DNA from: Alphaproteobacteria bacterium | GTDB lineage: Bacteria; Pseudomonadota; Alphaproteobacteria; MPNO01 | Length of the DNA stretch: 64,000 nt | Direction: 5' to 3' | NCBI GenBank assembly: GCA_964291675.2 | Contig: OZ219866.1 | Coordinates: 2,880,001-2,944,000 of the forward strand | Shown here: piece by piece, positions 10,106 through 19,676 of the stretch | Position numbering within the stretch: the stretch's first letter is position 1 | How the letters are laid out: the number at the start of each line of letters is the position of its first letter | Notes under the pieces: model-generated | What the model was told of the DNA's origin: nothing | Databases searched by the model: none | Seen by the model: the letters and a program-made list of their open reading frames with translations, nothing else | Made by a program: the position numbers and the translations under genes

Positions 10106-10741
10106 ATGGCGCTTCGCCCGCCGCCGGCCCCGCTCGCCCGCCCCAACATCGTCGCGCTCCCGGCCGGCGCGACGGTGGAGCGCGTGCACGACCGGCGCTA
10201 CGGCAGCGCCGAATTCAACCCCTGCAAGGGCGCGCCCACGCGCTTCGCGCCGATCCGCGACGCCGAGGGACGCTGCATCCCTTCGCTCTACGCCGCGAGC
10301 AACGTGGAAGCGGCGATCCACGAGACGATCTTTCACGACGTTCCCGCCGGCGCGAGGCGCGCGACGGTGCCGGCAACTCTGGTGCGCGCCCGTGCGCATG
10401 GCCGGCTCGAAGCCGGGCGCCGCTTCCGCCTCGCCTCGCTCCGCGCGCCCGACCTCAGGCGCTGGCGGATCGCGCAGACTTCGCTGATCGGCGCCCCGCC
10501 CGGGCGCTACGCGGAGACCGCCCGCTGGGCCGCCGCCATCCACCGTGAATTTCCCGAGATCGAGGGGCTGGTGTGGACCTCCGGCCGCTGCGACCCGGAT
10601 AGCGCCTGGCTGTTCTTCGGCGACCGGGTGGCGCCGGAGGATTTCCGGGTCGCCGCGCTGCGCGACGGGCAGAGCGACGCGAGCCTCCTGGCGGATGTGC
10701 GCGCGGCGGGCAGGCGCTGCGGAATTGCGATCGCGGTGTGA
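10106..10741 (+). CDS. RES-domain toxin (NAD+ phosphorylase family)
   Basis: TRFAP, SLYAA, AAIHETIFHD and GLVWTS motifs give the R-E-S residues. Confidence 0.85.
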   Translation: MALRPPPAPLARPNIVALPAGATVERVHDRRYGSAEFNPCKGAPTRFAPIRDAEGRCIPSLYAASNVEAAIHETIFHDVPAGARRATVPATLVRARAHGRLEAGRRFRLASLRAPDLRRWRIAQTSLIGAPPGRYAETARWAAAIHREFPEIEGLVWTSGRCDPDSAWLFFGDRVAPEDFRVAALRDGQSDASLLADVRAAGRRCGIAIAV

Positions 10742-10977
10742 TGGAGGAGGGCGGGGACGCGCATTCCGCGAGCGCCACCGCGACACCGATACGCCGGTCA
10801 CGATCGCGCATTTCCAACAACCGCCAGCCGATCCGGGATCGCCTTGCGGTGGCGGTGGCACGCGATGACAAGGGCGTCCTCGTGCAAGGGCTGGCAGGAT
10901 AGGCGACCGTCGACTACAAGGACTCCCACCACACCAAGTGCCCGATGAAATGGTAGCGACGCGCGATGGGAGGTCCG

Positions 10978-11412
10978 ATGGAAATTCAGGACAACGCGCC
11001 GGTCTTCCTCGCCCTCGTCGTCCGCGATATCGAGCGGTCGATCGGCTTCTACCGGGACGTGCTGGGCATGCAGGAGATCAAGCGCGTCGACGTCTCCGAT
11101 GCCAAGGCGGCGAAAGGCGGGTTCGCCAAACGGGGGTTCCGTTTCCGCACCTTCCGGATGGGGCCGCTCGCCCTGAAGCTGGTCCAGGTCAAGGGCGAGC
11201 CGGCCTCCACAAGGGGTCTGGTCGACGACTTCACGGGGGTCAGGTACATCGCCTTCGCCGTGGACGACATCGACGCGATGATGCGCCAGCTTACGGATCG
11301 GGGCGTCGAGTTCGCCTCGGAGATCCTGCCGCCGGAGCCCGATCAGGGCGTTGCCCGGCTGGTGTTCTTCAAGGACCCGGACGGGAACCTGCTCGAGCTC
11401 TACGGCGATTAG
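10978..11412 (+). CDS. VOC/glyoxalase family protein
   Basis: VRDIERSIGFYRDVLG and FFKDPDGNLLEL motifs; GGAGG RBS. Confidence 0.9.
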   Translation: MEIQDNAPVFLALVVRDIERSIGFYRDVLGMQEIKRVDVSDAKAAKGGFAKRGFRFRTFRMGPLALKLVQVKGEPASTRGLVDDFTGVRYIAFAVDDIDAMMRQLTDRGVEFASEILPPEPDQGVARLVFFKDPDGNLLELYGD

Positions 11413-11428
11413 GAAGGAAACGCCGCCC

Positions 11429-12607
11429 TCAGTCCCCGGCGAGCGTCTGGCTGGCGACGATCAGCTTCTGGATCTCGCTGGTGCCCTCGTAGATTCGGAG
11501 CGCCCGGATCTCGCGGTACAGGCGCTCGACCGGGTTGCCGACGATCACCCCCTGGCCGCCGAACACCTGGACCGCCTGGTCGACCACCTCCTGCGCGGCC
11601 TCGGTGGCGTAGAGCTTGGCGATCGCCGCCTCGCGGGTCACCCGGCCCCGGAAGCGGTCCTTGGTCCAGGCCGAGCGGTAGGCGAGCAGCGCCGCCGCGT
11701 CGATCTTCACCGCCATGTCGGCGATCTTCTCCTGGATGAGCTGGGTGTCCGCGATCGGCCTGCCGAAGGCGATCCGTCCGCGGCTCCGCGCCAGGGTCTC
11801 GTCGAGCGCCCGGCGGGCGAAGCCGAGCGCGGCGGCGGCGACGGTCGAGCGGAACACGTCGAGCGAGGCCATCGCCACTTTGAAGCCGTCCCCGGGCGCG
11901 GCCAGCATCTGCGTCGCCGGCACCCGGCAGGACGAGAGGCGGACGCGGCCCAGCGGGTGCGGCGCGATCACCGGGAAGCGTTCCGGCACGTCGAGCCCGG
12001 GCGTCTCCGCATCGACCACGAAGGCCGACAGCCCCTTCGCGCCCTCGCCCTCGCCGGTGCGCGCGAAGACGACGTATTGCGCGGCGATCCCGGCATTGGA
12101 GATCAGCGTCTTCTCGCCGTCGAGCACATAGTCCGTCCCGTCGGCCCGGGCCGTCGTGGTCATCGCCGCCACGTCCGAGCCGCTCGCCGGCTCGCTCAGC
12201 GCGAACGCCGCGATGCGCTCGCCCGACGCGGTTCCCGGCAAATAGCGCGATTTCAGCGCCTCGCTGCCGAACAGCGAGATGGCGCCGGTGCCGAGCCCCT
12301 GCATGACGAAGCAGAAATCGGCGAGGCCGGAGCGGTAGGCGAGGATCTCGCGGATCAGGCAGAGGCTGCGCACGTCGAGCGCGTCCGCCGCCCCGCCATG
12401 CGATCCCGACACGCAGTAGCGCAGCCAGCCGCCCTCGGCCAGCAGCCCGACCAGGCGGCGGCACAGCGCATCGAGCGCCGCGTCGCCGCGCGGCTCCTCG
12501 TGCTCCAGCGGGGCGACGGCATTGCTTGCCCACGCGTCCACGTCCACCGCCAGCGCGCGGTGCGAATCGTCGAAGAACGGCCAGTCGAGGAAGCTGCGGT
12601 CGGCCAT
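11429..12607 (-). CDS. Acyl-CoA dehydrogenase
   Basis: [21 protein letters not shown] and [16 protein letters not shown] motifs. Confidence 0.93.
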   Translation of the reverse strand: MADRSFLDWPFFDDSHRALAVDVDAWASNAVAPLEHEEPRGDAALDALCRRLVGLLAEGGWLRYCVSGSHGGAADALDVRSLCLIREILAYRSGLADFCFVMQGLGTGAISLFGSEALKSRYLPGTASGERIAAFALSEPASGSDVAAMTTTARADGTDYVLDGEKTLISNAGIAAQYVVFARTGEGEGAKGLSAFVVDAETPGLDVPERFPVIAPHPLGRVRLSSCRVPATQMLAAPGDGFKVAMASLDVFRSTVAAAALGFARRALDETLARSRGRIAFGRPIADTQLIQEKIADMAVKIDAAALLAYRSAWTKDRFRGRVTREAAIAKLYATEAAQEVVDQAVQVFGGQGVIVGNPVERLYREIRALRIYEGTSEIQKLIVASQTLAGD

Positions 12608-13425
12608 CAGTCGCCCTCGAAGACCGGGCGTTGCTTCCTGGCGAAGGCCTCGTAGGCGCGCCTGAAATCCCTGGTCTGCATGCAGATCGCCTGGGCGTCG
12701 GCCTCGGCGTCGATGGCGTCGTCGAGCGCCATCGGCCATTCCCGGTGCAGCATGCGCTTGGTCATGGCGTGCGCGAAGCTCGGCCCCTCGGCAAGCTTCT
12801 TCGCTTCTGCCTGGGCGGTCGCCAGCACCTCGTCGGGCGGGCACAGCCGGTTGAAGAAGCCCCACGCATGCGCCTCCGCGCCGCCCATGCTGCGCCCCGA
12901 ATAGAGCAGCTCGGCGGCGCGGCCCTGGCCGATGATGCGCGGCAGGACGCTGCACGCCCCCATGTCGCAGCCGGCGAGCCCCACGCGGACGAACAGGAAG
13001 GCGACCTTCGCGGCCTCGGTGCCGAAGCGCATGTCCGAATGCATGGCGATGGCGGCCCCCGCGCCGGCGCAGATGCCGTCGATGGCGGCGACGATCGGCT
13101 GCGGGCAGGCGCGCATCGCCTTCACCAGATCGCCGGTCATGCGGGTGAAGTCGAGGAGCTCCGGCATGTCCATCTCGATCAGCGGGCCGATGATGTCGTG
13201 CACGTCGCCGCCCGAGCAGAAATTCCCGCCCGCCCCGGTCACCACCACCGCCTTCACGTCGTCGGCGTATCTCAGCGCGCGGAAGGTGTCGCGGATCTCG
13301 GCATAGGACTGGAAGGTCAGCGGGTTCTTGCGGTCCGGCCGGTTGATGGTGAGCGTCCCCACCTTGCCCTCGACCGACCAGTCGAAATGCTGCGGCGCGA
13401 GCTCAGCGCCGACGATCTTGTTCAT
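12607..13425 (-). CDS. Enoyl-CoA hydratase/crotonase family protein
   Basis: [16 protein letters not shown] and GICAGAGA motifs. Confidence 0.92.
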   Translation of the reverse strand: MNKIVGAELAPQHFDWSVEGKVGTLTINRPDRKNPLTFQSYAEIRDTFRALRYADDVKAVVVTGAGGNFCSGGDVHDIIGPLIEMDMPELLDFTRMTGDLVKAMRACPQPIVAAIDGICAGAGAAIAMHSDMRFGTEAAKVAFLFVRVGLAGCDMGACSVLPRIIGQGRAAELLYSGRSMGGAEAHAWGFFNRLCPPDEVLATAQAEAKKLAEGPSFAHAMTKRMLHREWPMALDDAIDAEADAQAICMQTRDFRRAYEAFARKQRPVFEGD

Positions 13426-13945
13426 CCGCGTCCTCCATCGTCTCCCCGGAATCGAGCACCGCCGATTTGAGGCGCCCGAGCAGGGCGAACAGCGCCTCCT
13501 TCTCCTCGCGCGCGAGCCCGTCCATCATCCCGGTCACCCAGCGCCGGTTGTCGGCCGCCATGCGCGCGAACAGCGCCGCCCCCGCCGCCGTCAGCTCGAC
13601 CTTCCGGACCCGCCGGTCGCCCGCGGCGCCCCGGCGCGCAACCATCCCCTCGCGCGCCAGCCGGTCGACCAGCCCGGTGACGTTGCCGTTGGTCACCATG
13701 AGGCGGCGCGACAGATCGCCCATCGAGAGCGGCTTGCCGGCGCGCTGGAGCTGGGCGAGCACGTCGAAGCGGGGCAGCGTGGTCTCGAAATTGCGGTGCA
13801 GGCCGTGGCGCACGCCGTGCTCGATCAGCGTGGAGCAGGTCAGCAGCCTGAGCCAGACGCGGAGCTCCAGCCCGTCATCGGCGCCGAGGCCGGTCTCGAA
13901 ATCGTCGATCCGGGGCTCGCCCCCGGCGCCGGCGGCGTCCTCCAT
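13403..13945 (-). CDS. MarR family transcriptional regulator
   Basis: [32 protein letters not shown] motif. Confidence 0.9.
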   Translation of the reverse strand: MEDAAGAGGEPRIDDFETGLGADDGLELRVWLRLLTCSTLIEHGVRHGLHRNFETTLPRFDVLAQLQRAGKPLSMGDLSRRLMVTNGNVTGLVDRLAREGMVARRGAAGDRRVRKVELTAAGAALFARMAADNRRWVTGMMDGLAREEKEALFALLGRLKSAVLDSGETMEDADEQDRRR

Positions 13946-14730
13946 CACATCGCCTCGCCGCCGGCCACCGCGATCGCCTGGCCGGTGATCGCCGACGACG
14001 ACGGAAGGCAGAGCCAGGCAACCGTATCGGCCACCTCCCCGGGCTGCACCAGCCTTCCCTGCGGGTTGATCCGCGTGAGCTCGCGCCGCGCCTCGTCCTC
14101 GCCGCGCCCGGTCTTGGCGGCGACGTTGGCGATCGCGCGGGCCGCCATGTCGGTCTCGGTGAAGCCGGGGCAGACCGCGTTGACCGTAACCCCGCTGCGC
14201 GCCGCCTCGATGGCGAGCGCGCGGGTGAGCCCCACCACCCCGTGCTTCGATGCGCAATAGGCGACCGTGTAGGCGTAGCCCTTGATGCCCGCGGTGGAGG
14301 CGATGTTGACGATGCGCCCCCAGCCCGCCTTGGCCATCGCCGGGAAGGCGAGCCGCATGCAGCGGAACGTGCCGGTCAGGTTGGTCGCGATCGTGCGGTC
14401 CCAGTGGCCGTCGTCGATGCGGGCGAACGGCGCGCTCTCGGCGATGCCGGCGTTGTTGATCAGGATCGACACCGGCTCCGCGCGGTCGAACACGGCGGCC
14501 ATCGAGTCCTCTCGGTCGACGTCGCCCGCGACGGTCGCGACCGCGACGGGGGCGGACCCGCGAAGCGCCGCCGCGGTCTCCTCCAGCTTCGCCTCGTCGC
14601 GGCCGACCAGGGTGAGGTCGGCGCCGAGCCCGGCGAGCGCATGGGCCACCGCGGCGCCGATTCCCCGCCCGCCGCCGGTGATCAGCGCGTGGCGGCCGGC
14701 GAGCGGCCGGGCTGTTTCGGTCTCGGGCAT
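13945..14730 (-). CDS. SDR family oxidoreductase
   Basis: TGGGRGIG, NNAG and YCASK motifs. Confidence 0.93.
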   Translation of the reverse strand: MPETETARPLAGRHALITGGGRGIGAAVAHALAGLGADLTLVGRDEAKLEETAAALRGSAPVAVATVAGDVDREDSMAAVFDRAEPVSILINNAGIAESAPFARIDDGHWDRTIATNLTGTFRCMRLAFPAMAKAGWGRIVNIASTAGIKGYAYTVAYCASKHGVVGLTRALAIEAARSGVTVNAVCPGFTETDMAARAIANVAAKTGRGEDEARRELTRINPQGRLVQPGEVADTVAWLCLPSSSAITGQAIAVAGGEAM

Positions 14731-14750
14731 GGCGGGCTCGACCCTTCGCG

Positions 14751-14772
14751 GTTATTTTATGCTTAAAACAAC
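14751..14772. promoter_or_regulatory. AT-rich inverted repeat, candidate MarR operator in the divergent promoter
   Basis: GTTATTTTA-TGCT-TAAAACAAC (one mismatch) between the divergent SDR and RidA genes. Confidence 0.55.
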
Positions 14773-14805
14773 CATCCGATGCTGACAAGCGCCGAGGGGG
14801 AATCG

Positions 14806-15201
14806 ATGGAGATATTGCAACCGCCGGGCTGGAAGCGGCCCAGGGGCTATTCCAACGGCGTCGCGGCGTCCGGCCGCATGGTCTTCGTCGCCGGCCAGAT
14901 CGGCTGGAACGCGGACCAGGAGATCGAGAGCGACGACTTCGCCGAGCAGTTCCGCCGGGCGCTGGCGAACATCGTGGCCGTGCTGGCCGAGGCCGGCGCC
15001 GGGCCCGAACACATCGTCCGGATGACCATGTATTTCACCGACAAGCGCGAATATCTCGACCGGCTGGCGGAAATCGGCGCGGCCTATCGGGATACGATCG
15101 GGCGCAGCTACCCGGCGATGGCGGCGGTCGAGGTCTCGGCCCTGATGGAGGACCGCGCCAAGGTCGAGATCGAGGCGACCGCGGTGGTTCCCGACGATTG
15201 A
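14806..15201 (+). CDS. RidA/YjgF family protein
   Basis: GYSNG, VFVAGQIG and KVEIEATA motifs. Confidence 0.92.
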   Translation: MEILQPPGWKRPRGYSNGVAASGRMVFVAGQIGWNADQEIESDDFAEQFRRALANIVAVLAEAGAGPEHIVRMTMYFTDKREYLDRLAEIGAAYRDTIGRSYPAMAAVEVSALMEDRAKVEIEATAVVPDD

Positions 15202-15245
15202 GGCGTCGTGTACGGTCCGCCCGCATCGCCTGACGGGGGAGGTCC

Positions 15246-16148
15246 ATGGAAATCCGCAAGCACGGCCGCTACGACTACTCCGCGATCGTCGACCGCCCGC
15301 AATACGACTGGCCGGACGGCAAGCGGCTCGCCTTCTATATAGGTCTGAACATCGAGCATTTCAGCTACGGCGAGGGGATGGGCCACACCCCGACCGCGCC
15401 CGGCCCGCAGCCCGACATCCGCAACTATGCGTGGCGCGATTACGGGCTGAGGGTGGGAATCTGGCGTATTCTCGACCTGTTCGACGAGCTCGAGCTGCCG
15501 GCCTGCCACCTGGTCAACACGGCGGTCTACGACTACGCGCCGCAGATCATGGAGCGCGTGCGCGCCCGCGGCGACGAGGTGGTGGGCCACGGCCGCACCA
15601 ACTCCGAGCGCCAGGGCGACCTCACCGAGGACGAGGAGCGGGTGCTGATCCGCGAGGCCACCGACATCCTGATCGAGCAGGAGGGGGTGCAGCCGGGCGG
15701 CTGGCTCGGCCCGTGGATCTCCGAGACCGGGGCGACCCTCGACCATCTCAAGGAGGCCGGCTACCGCTACGTGCTCGACTGGCCGCTCGACGACCAGCCG
15801 GTGTGGATGAAGACCAAATTCGGGCCGATCCTCTCGGTGCCCTACCCGGTGGAGCTCAACGATTCGCCGGCGCTGCTGAACCGCCACCACACGGCGCGCG
15901 AGTTCACCGAGATGGTGACCGACCAGATCGACGAGATGCTGAAGCTGTGCGAGGCGCAGCCGCTGGCCTATGCGCTGTCGCTGCACACCTTCATCGTCGG
16001 CCAGCCCTACCGCCTGGCCGAGCTGCGCCGCATCCTGAGATACATCGTCGAGCACCCGCGCGCCGACCGCATCTGGTTCACCCGCCCGGGCGCCGTCGCC
16101 GACCACGTCGAATCGCTCCCCGAGGGCACGCTGCCGACGCCGGGGTAG
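15246..16148 (+). CDS. Polysaccharide deacetylase family (PuuE-like) hydrolase
   Basis: RDYGLRVG, GHG, GWLGP, DDQP and LSLH motifs. Confidence 0.88.
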   Translation: MEIRKHGRYDYSAIVDRPQYDWPDGKRLAFYIGLNIEHFSYGEGMGHTPTAPGPQPDIRNYAWRDYGLRVGIWRILDLFDELELPACHLVNTAVYDYAPQIMERVRARGDEVVGHGRTNSERQGDLTEDEERVLIREATDILIEQEGVQPGGWLGPWISETGATLDHLKEAGYRYVLDWPLDDQPVWMKTKFGPILSVPYPVELNDSPALLNRHHTAREFTEMVTDQIDEMLKLCEAQPLAYALSLHTFIVGQPYRLAELRRILRYIVEHPRADRIWFTRPGAVADHVESLPEGTLPTPG

Positions 16149-16181
16149 GCGGGCGATCTCTCGGGCCGCGCCCCTGCCCGC

Positions 16182-16216
16182 CCCGTCATGACCAGCCGTG
16201 GGGGCGTATCGAAGGG
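16182..16216. repeat. Partial copy of palindromic repeat family A
   Basis: GGCGTATCGAAGG end shared with 22879-22891. Confidence 0.5.
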
Positions 16217-16217
16217 C

Positions 16218-17408
16218 CTAGCGCACGCCCGGTAGCCTGAGCGCGAGGCTGGCGGCGAGCGCCGCGACCGAGAGCGGCAGCACCACCAGGATCATCGGGT
16301 CGACGGTACCGTCGGCGAACAGCCCGGTCGCCTGCGACGCGGCGGCGGCGAAGAACATCTGCATGAACACGCCGATGCCCGACGCGGTGCCGGCGAGGTC
16401 CTTGTCGACGGCGATGGCGCCCGACTGCGCGCTCGGCAAGGCGAGCCCCTGGCTCAGGGTGATGACGAAGCCGGGGACGAAGATGCCGAGCGGCGTCGGC
16501 GTCGCCAGCCAGAGCGCCGCGGCCAGCGCCACCGCGCCGGCCATGTTGAGGACCGAGCCGGCCAATACCATCGTGTCGATCGGCACCCGGAGCCCGAACC
16601 GGGCGGCGATGAAGTTGCCGAGCAGGTAGCCCGCCGGGAAGAACAGGAAATAGAGCCCGTACTCCGACGCCGGGCGGTTCAGCATCCCGGTCATCAGCAG
16701 CGACGACGCGGCGGCGATGGCGAAGAAGGCGCCGGTGACGAAGCCGGTGTGGAGCACGTAGAGCGAGAACCGCGCTATCCGGAACAGCCGCCGATAGGCG
16801 CCGAGCATCGCCCGCGCACTCTGCACCCTGCCGCTCGCCGGGCGGGTCTCCGGGATGAAGCAGACCGAAAAGACCACCAGCAGCGCCCCCGCGGCGGCGG
16901 CGAACCAGAAGATCCAGCGCCAGCCCAGCCCGTCCACGATGGCGCCGCCGAGCGGCGGCGACAGCATCGGCCCCATCACATAGGCCATGGTCAGGAGCGC
17001 GATGATCTGGGTCAGCCGTTCCAGCCCGTAGACGTCGCGCGCGATGGCGCGGGCCAGCACCAGCCCGCTCGCCGCGCCGGCGGCCTGCAGCAGCCGGCCG
17101 AGGATCAGCACCTCGATCGCCTCGGCGGCGGCGCAGGCAAGCGAGCCCGCGACGAACAGCACGATCCCGCCGAGCAGCACCGGCTTGCGCCCGAACCCGT
17201 CCGACAGCGAGCCGATCGCCAGCGTCGCCGCGGCGAGGGTGAACATGGTGACGCTGAAGGTGAACTGCGCCGTCGCCGCGTCGACCTCGAAGGCGGACTT
17301 GATGGCCGACAGCGCGGGCAGATAGAAATGGATCGACAGCGGGTTGATCAGCGTGATCGCCGCAAGCAGCCCGATGAAGCCGTAATCCCTGGGCTCGAGC
17401 GGCTTCAC
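16218..17408 (-). CDS. Bcr/CflA family MFS efflux transporter
   Basis: YLPAL, GSLSDGFGRKPV, GRLLQA and PET motifs; about 12 TM segments. Confidence 0.9.
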   Translation of the reverse strand: MKPLEPRDYGFIGLLAAITLINPLSIHFYLPALSAIKSAFEVDAATAQFTFSVTMFTLAAATLAIGSLSDGFGRKPVLLGGIVLFVAGSLACAAAEAIEVLILGRLLQAAGAASGLVLARAIARDVYGLERLTQIIALLTMAYVMGPMLSPPLGGAIVDGLGWRWIFWFAAAAGALLVVFSVCFIPETRPASGRVQSARAMLGAYRRLFRIARFSLYVLHTGFVTGAFFAIAAASSLLMTGMLNRPASEYGLYFLFFPAGYLLGNFIAARFGLRVPIDTMVLAGSVLNMAGAVALAAALWLATPTPLGIFVPGFVITLSQGLALPSAQSGAIAVDKDLAGTASGIGVFMQMFFAAAASQATGLFADGTVDPMILVVLPLSVAALAASLALRLPGVR

Positions 17409-17439
17409 GGGCGGGGCGATTTGTCGGCCTCGCGCCCCC

Positions 17440-17721
17440 TCACGAGGACGTCAGCGCGCGCATGACGGCTTCCGGCTCCTTCTGGATCACGCGCAGAAGG
17501 GTCGCCGCCGGGCCGCTGACGCGGCGCGCGCCCTGCTCCCATTTCCGATAGCCCGACAGGCTCATGCCGATCAGCGGGGCCATCTGCGCCTGCGTGAGCT
17601 TGGCCTGCTTGCGAACCTCGCGCGGGGTCACGGACTCGTGAAGGATCGCCGGACCCGCCCCCTTGGCATGGGCAAGGGCCTCTTCGAGGGACCGGACCAG
17701 GTCTTCTCCGAACGCAGTCAT
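17440..17721 (-). CDS. XRE-family HTH protein (HigA-like antitoxin)
   Basis: FGEDLVRSLEEALAHAKG…LTQAQMA…KWEQGARRVSGPAATLLRVIQKEPEAV; AAGGAG RBS. Confidence 0.85.
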   Translation of the reverse strand: MTAFGEDLVRSLEEALAHAKGAGPAILHESVTPREVRKQAKLTQAQMAPLIGMSLSGYRKWEQGARRVSGPAATLLRVIQKEPEAVMRALTSS

Positions 17722-17768
17722 GGTCTCTCCTTCGCGGCGGCCCGGATCGCGGCAACCACCGCGAGCAT
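17718..17768 (-). pseudogene. 16-codon remnant of the cognate RelE/HigB-like toxin
   Basis: Mini-ORF MLAVVAAIRAAAKERP* overlaps the antitoxin start in an ATGA junction; AT-rich palindromic promoter region just upstream. Confidence 0.5.
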
Positions 17769-17901
17769 TGCGTAAGACATAACCCAATGGGGTATAAATT
17801 GGCAACGATCCCGTGCCATTTGAGCGAGCCACATGGCGACCCGCTCGCCCCCGCGCGACCATTCTGGACGGGGAACGCCGGTCCGCGCATCATTGGCGGC
17901 A

Positions 17902-19176
17902 ATGGACGCACCCTTCATCATCGACGATCCCGAAGGCGAGCGCTTCCGGCTCAACCGCCGGGTGCTCGTCGACCCGGACATCCTGGAGGACGAGCGCCGG
18001 CGGATCTTCGACCGCTGTTGGATCTATCTCGGCCACGATTCGGAGATCCCCGAGCCCGGCGACTTCCGCACCCGCCACGTGGCCGGGCGTCCGGTCCTGT
18101 TCGTGCGCGACCGCGAGGGCAGGGCGCGCGCGTTCCTCAATACATGCCGGCATCGCGGCACCATGGTGTGCCGCGAGCGCGAAGGCAACCGGACGCGGTT
18201 CGCCTGCCTCTATCACGGCTGGACCTACGATCATGGCGGCGCGCTCACCCACGTGCCGGGCGAGGAGTCCTACGGCGCCGGCTTCGACAAGGCCGATTTC
18301 GCGCTCGGCGAGGTGCCGGCGTTCGACGACTATCGCGGCTTCCGCTTCGTCCATTTCGGCGCCGATCCCGAGCCGCTCGCCGACTACCTCGCCGGCGCCA
18401 GGGAGTATCTCGACCTGGTGGTCGACCAGTCGCCGTCCGCGCGGCTGGAAATCGTCGCCGGCACCCAGGAATACGACATCCGCGCCAACTGGAAGCTGCT
18501 GGTCGAGAACAGCTTCGACGACTACCACCTGCACGCGACGCATTCGACCTATCTCGAATACATGAAGGATTCGGGGGTGTCGGTGCGCCTGCCCAGCGGG
18601 CTGATGATGCCGGCGCCCGGCGTCGGCAAGTCGCTCGGCAACGGCCACGCCGTGGTCGACAACGTCAACTTCCGCGGCCGGCCGATCGCCGCCTGGATCC
18701 CGCTCTACGGCGAGGACGCGAAGCCCGAGATCGCGGCGATCCGGGGCGAGCTCGAAGCCCGGCTCGGCGAGGACCGCGCGCGCCGCGTCGCCGACACCAA
18801 CCGCAACCTCGTCGTCTTCCCCAACCTGGTGATCAATGACGGCTCGGCGGTGACGGTCCGCACGTTCTGGCCCACGGCGGTCGACCGTATGCGGGTGACC
18901 GCCTGGGCGCTCGGCCCGGTCGAGGAATCGGAGACCTCGCGGGCGCGCCGGCTCGACAGCTTTCTCACCTTCTACGGGCCGGGCGGGCTGGCCACGCCCG
19001 ACGACGTCGAGGCGCTGGAGCTGGTGCAGGACGGCCTGTCCACCTGGCGGGAGGTCGGCTGGTCCGAGATCTCGCGCGGCATGAACAAGACCGGCGAGCA
19101 GCTCAACACCGACGAGCTCCACCTGCGCAGCTTCTGGCGGCGCTGGAACGCGCTGATGACCGGCGGCGCGTCGTGA
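17902..19176 (+). CDS. Rieske aromatic-ring-hydroxylating dioxygenase alpha subunit
   Basis: CRHRG…CLYHGW Rieske motif; ENSFDDYHLHATH mononuclear Fe motif. Confidence 0.93.
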   Translation: MDAPFIIDDPEGERFRLNRRVLVDPDILEDERRRIFDRCWIYLGHDSEIPEPGDFRTRHVAGRPVLFVRDREGRARAFLNTCRHRGTMVCREREGNRTRFACLYHGWTYDHGGALTHVPGEESYGAGFDKADFALGEVPAFDDYRGFRFVHFGADPEPLADYLAGAREYLDLVVDQSPSARLEIVAGTQEYDIRANWKLLVENSFDDYHLHATHSTYLEYMKDSGVSVRLPSGLMMPAPGVGKSLGNGHAVVDNVNFRGRPIAAWIPLYGEDAKPEIAAIRGELEARLGEDRARRVADTNRNLVVFPNLVINDGSAVTVRTFWPTAVDRMRVTAWALGPVEESETSRARRLDSFLTFYGPGGLATPDDVEALELVQDGLSTWREVGWSEISRGMNKTGEQLNTDELHLRSFWRRWNALMTGGAS

Positions 19177-19667
19177 CATCCATCGACGCGGTCGGGCGCG
19201 AGGACGTGGAGGCGCTGTTCTACGAGGAGGCGGCGCTGCTGGATGCCTGGCGGCTCGACGACTGGCTCGGCCTCTTGACCGAAGATGCGCGCTACCTGGT
19301 GCCGCCCAACGACGTGCCGGACGGCGATCCCCGCGACACGCTGTTCACCATCGCCGACGACATCGCGCGCATCCACGGCCGGGTCAAGCGCCTCAAGAGC
19401 GAGGACGCGCATGCCGAGCGCCCGCGCTCGCGCACCAGGCGGCTGGTCTCCAATGTCCGCATCGTCGGGCGCGACGGCGGCGAGCTCCTCGCCGAGGCCA
19501 ATTTCGCGGTCTACCGGTTCCGCCGCAACGAGCGAATCGGCGAGTATGTGGGGCGCTACCGCTACCGGCTGCGCGCCGCCGCGGACGGGCTCCGCATCGC
19601 CGAGCGCCGCGCCATCCTCGACAGCGAGGAGCTCGGCGCCCTCGGCTCGGTGAGCTTTATCCTGTGA
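19173..19667 (+). CDS. Aromatic-ring-hydroxylating dioxygenase beta subunit
   Basis: YEEAALLDAWRLDDWL and SRTRRLVSNV; GTGA overlap with the alpha subunit. Confidence 0.92.
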   Translation: MTSIDAVGREDVEALFYEEAALLDAWRLDDWLGLLTEDARYLVPPNDVPDGDPRDTLFTIADDIARIHGRVKRLKSEDAHAERPRSRTRRLVSNVRIVGRDGGELLAEANFAVYRFRRNERIGEYVGRYRYRLRAAADGLRIAERRAILDSEELGALGSVSFIL

Positions 19668-19676
19668 GGGCGGACC

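Noticed and set aside
10742-10965. Unexplained intergenic stretch after the RES gene
   Set aside because: No convincing ORF, repeat or structure recognised; may be a decayed remnant.
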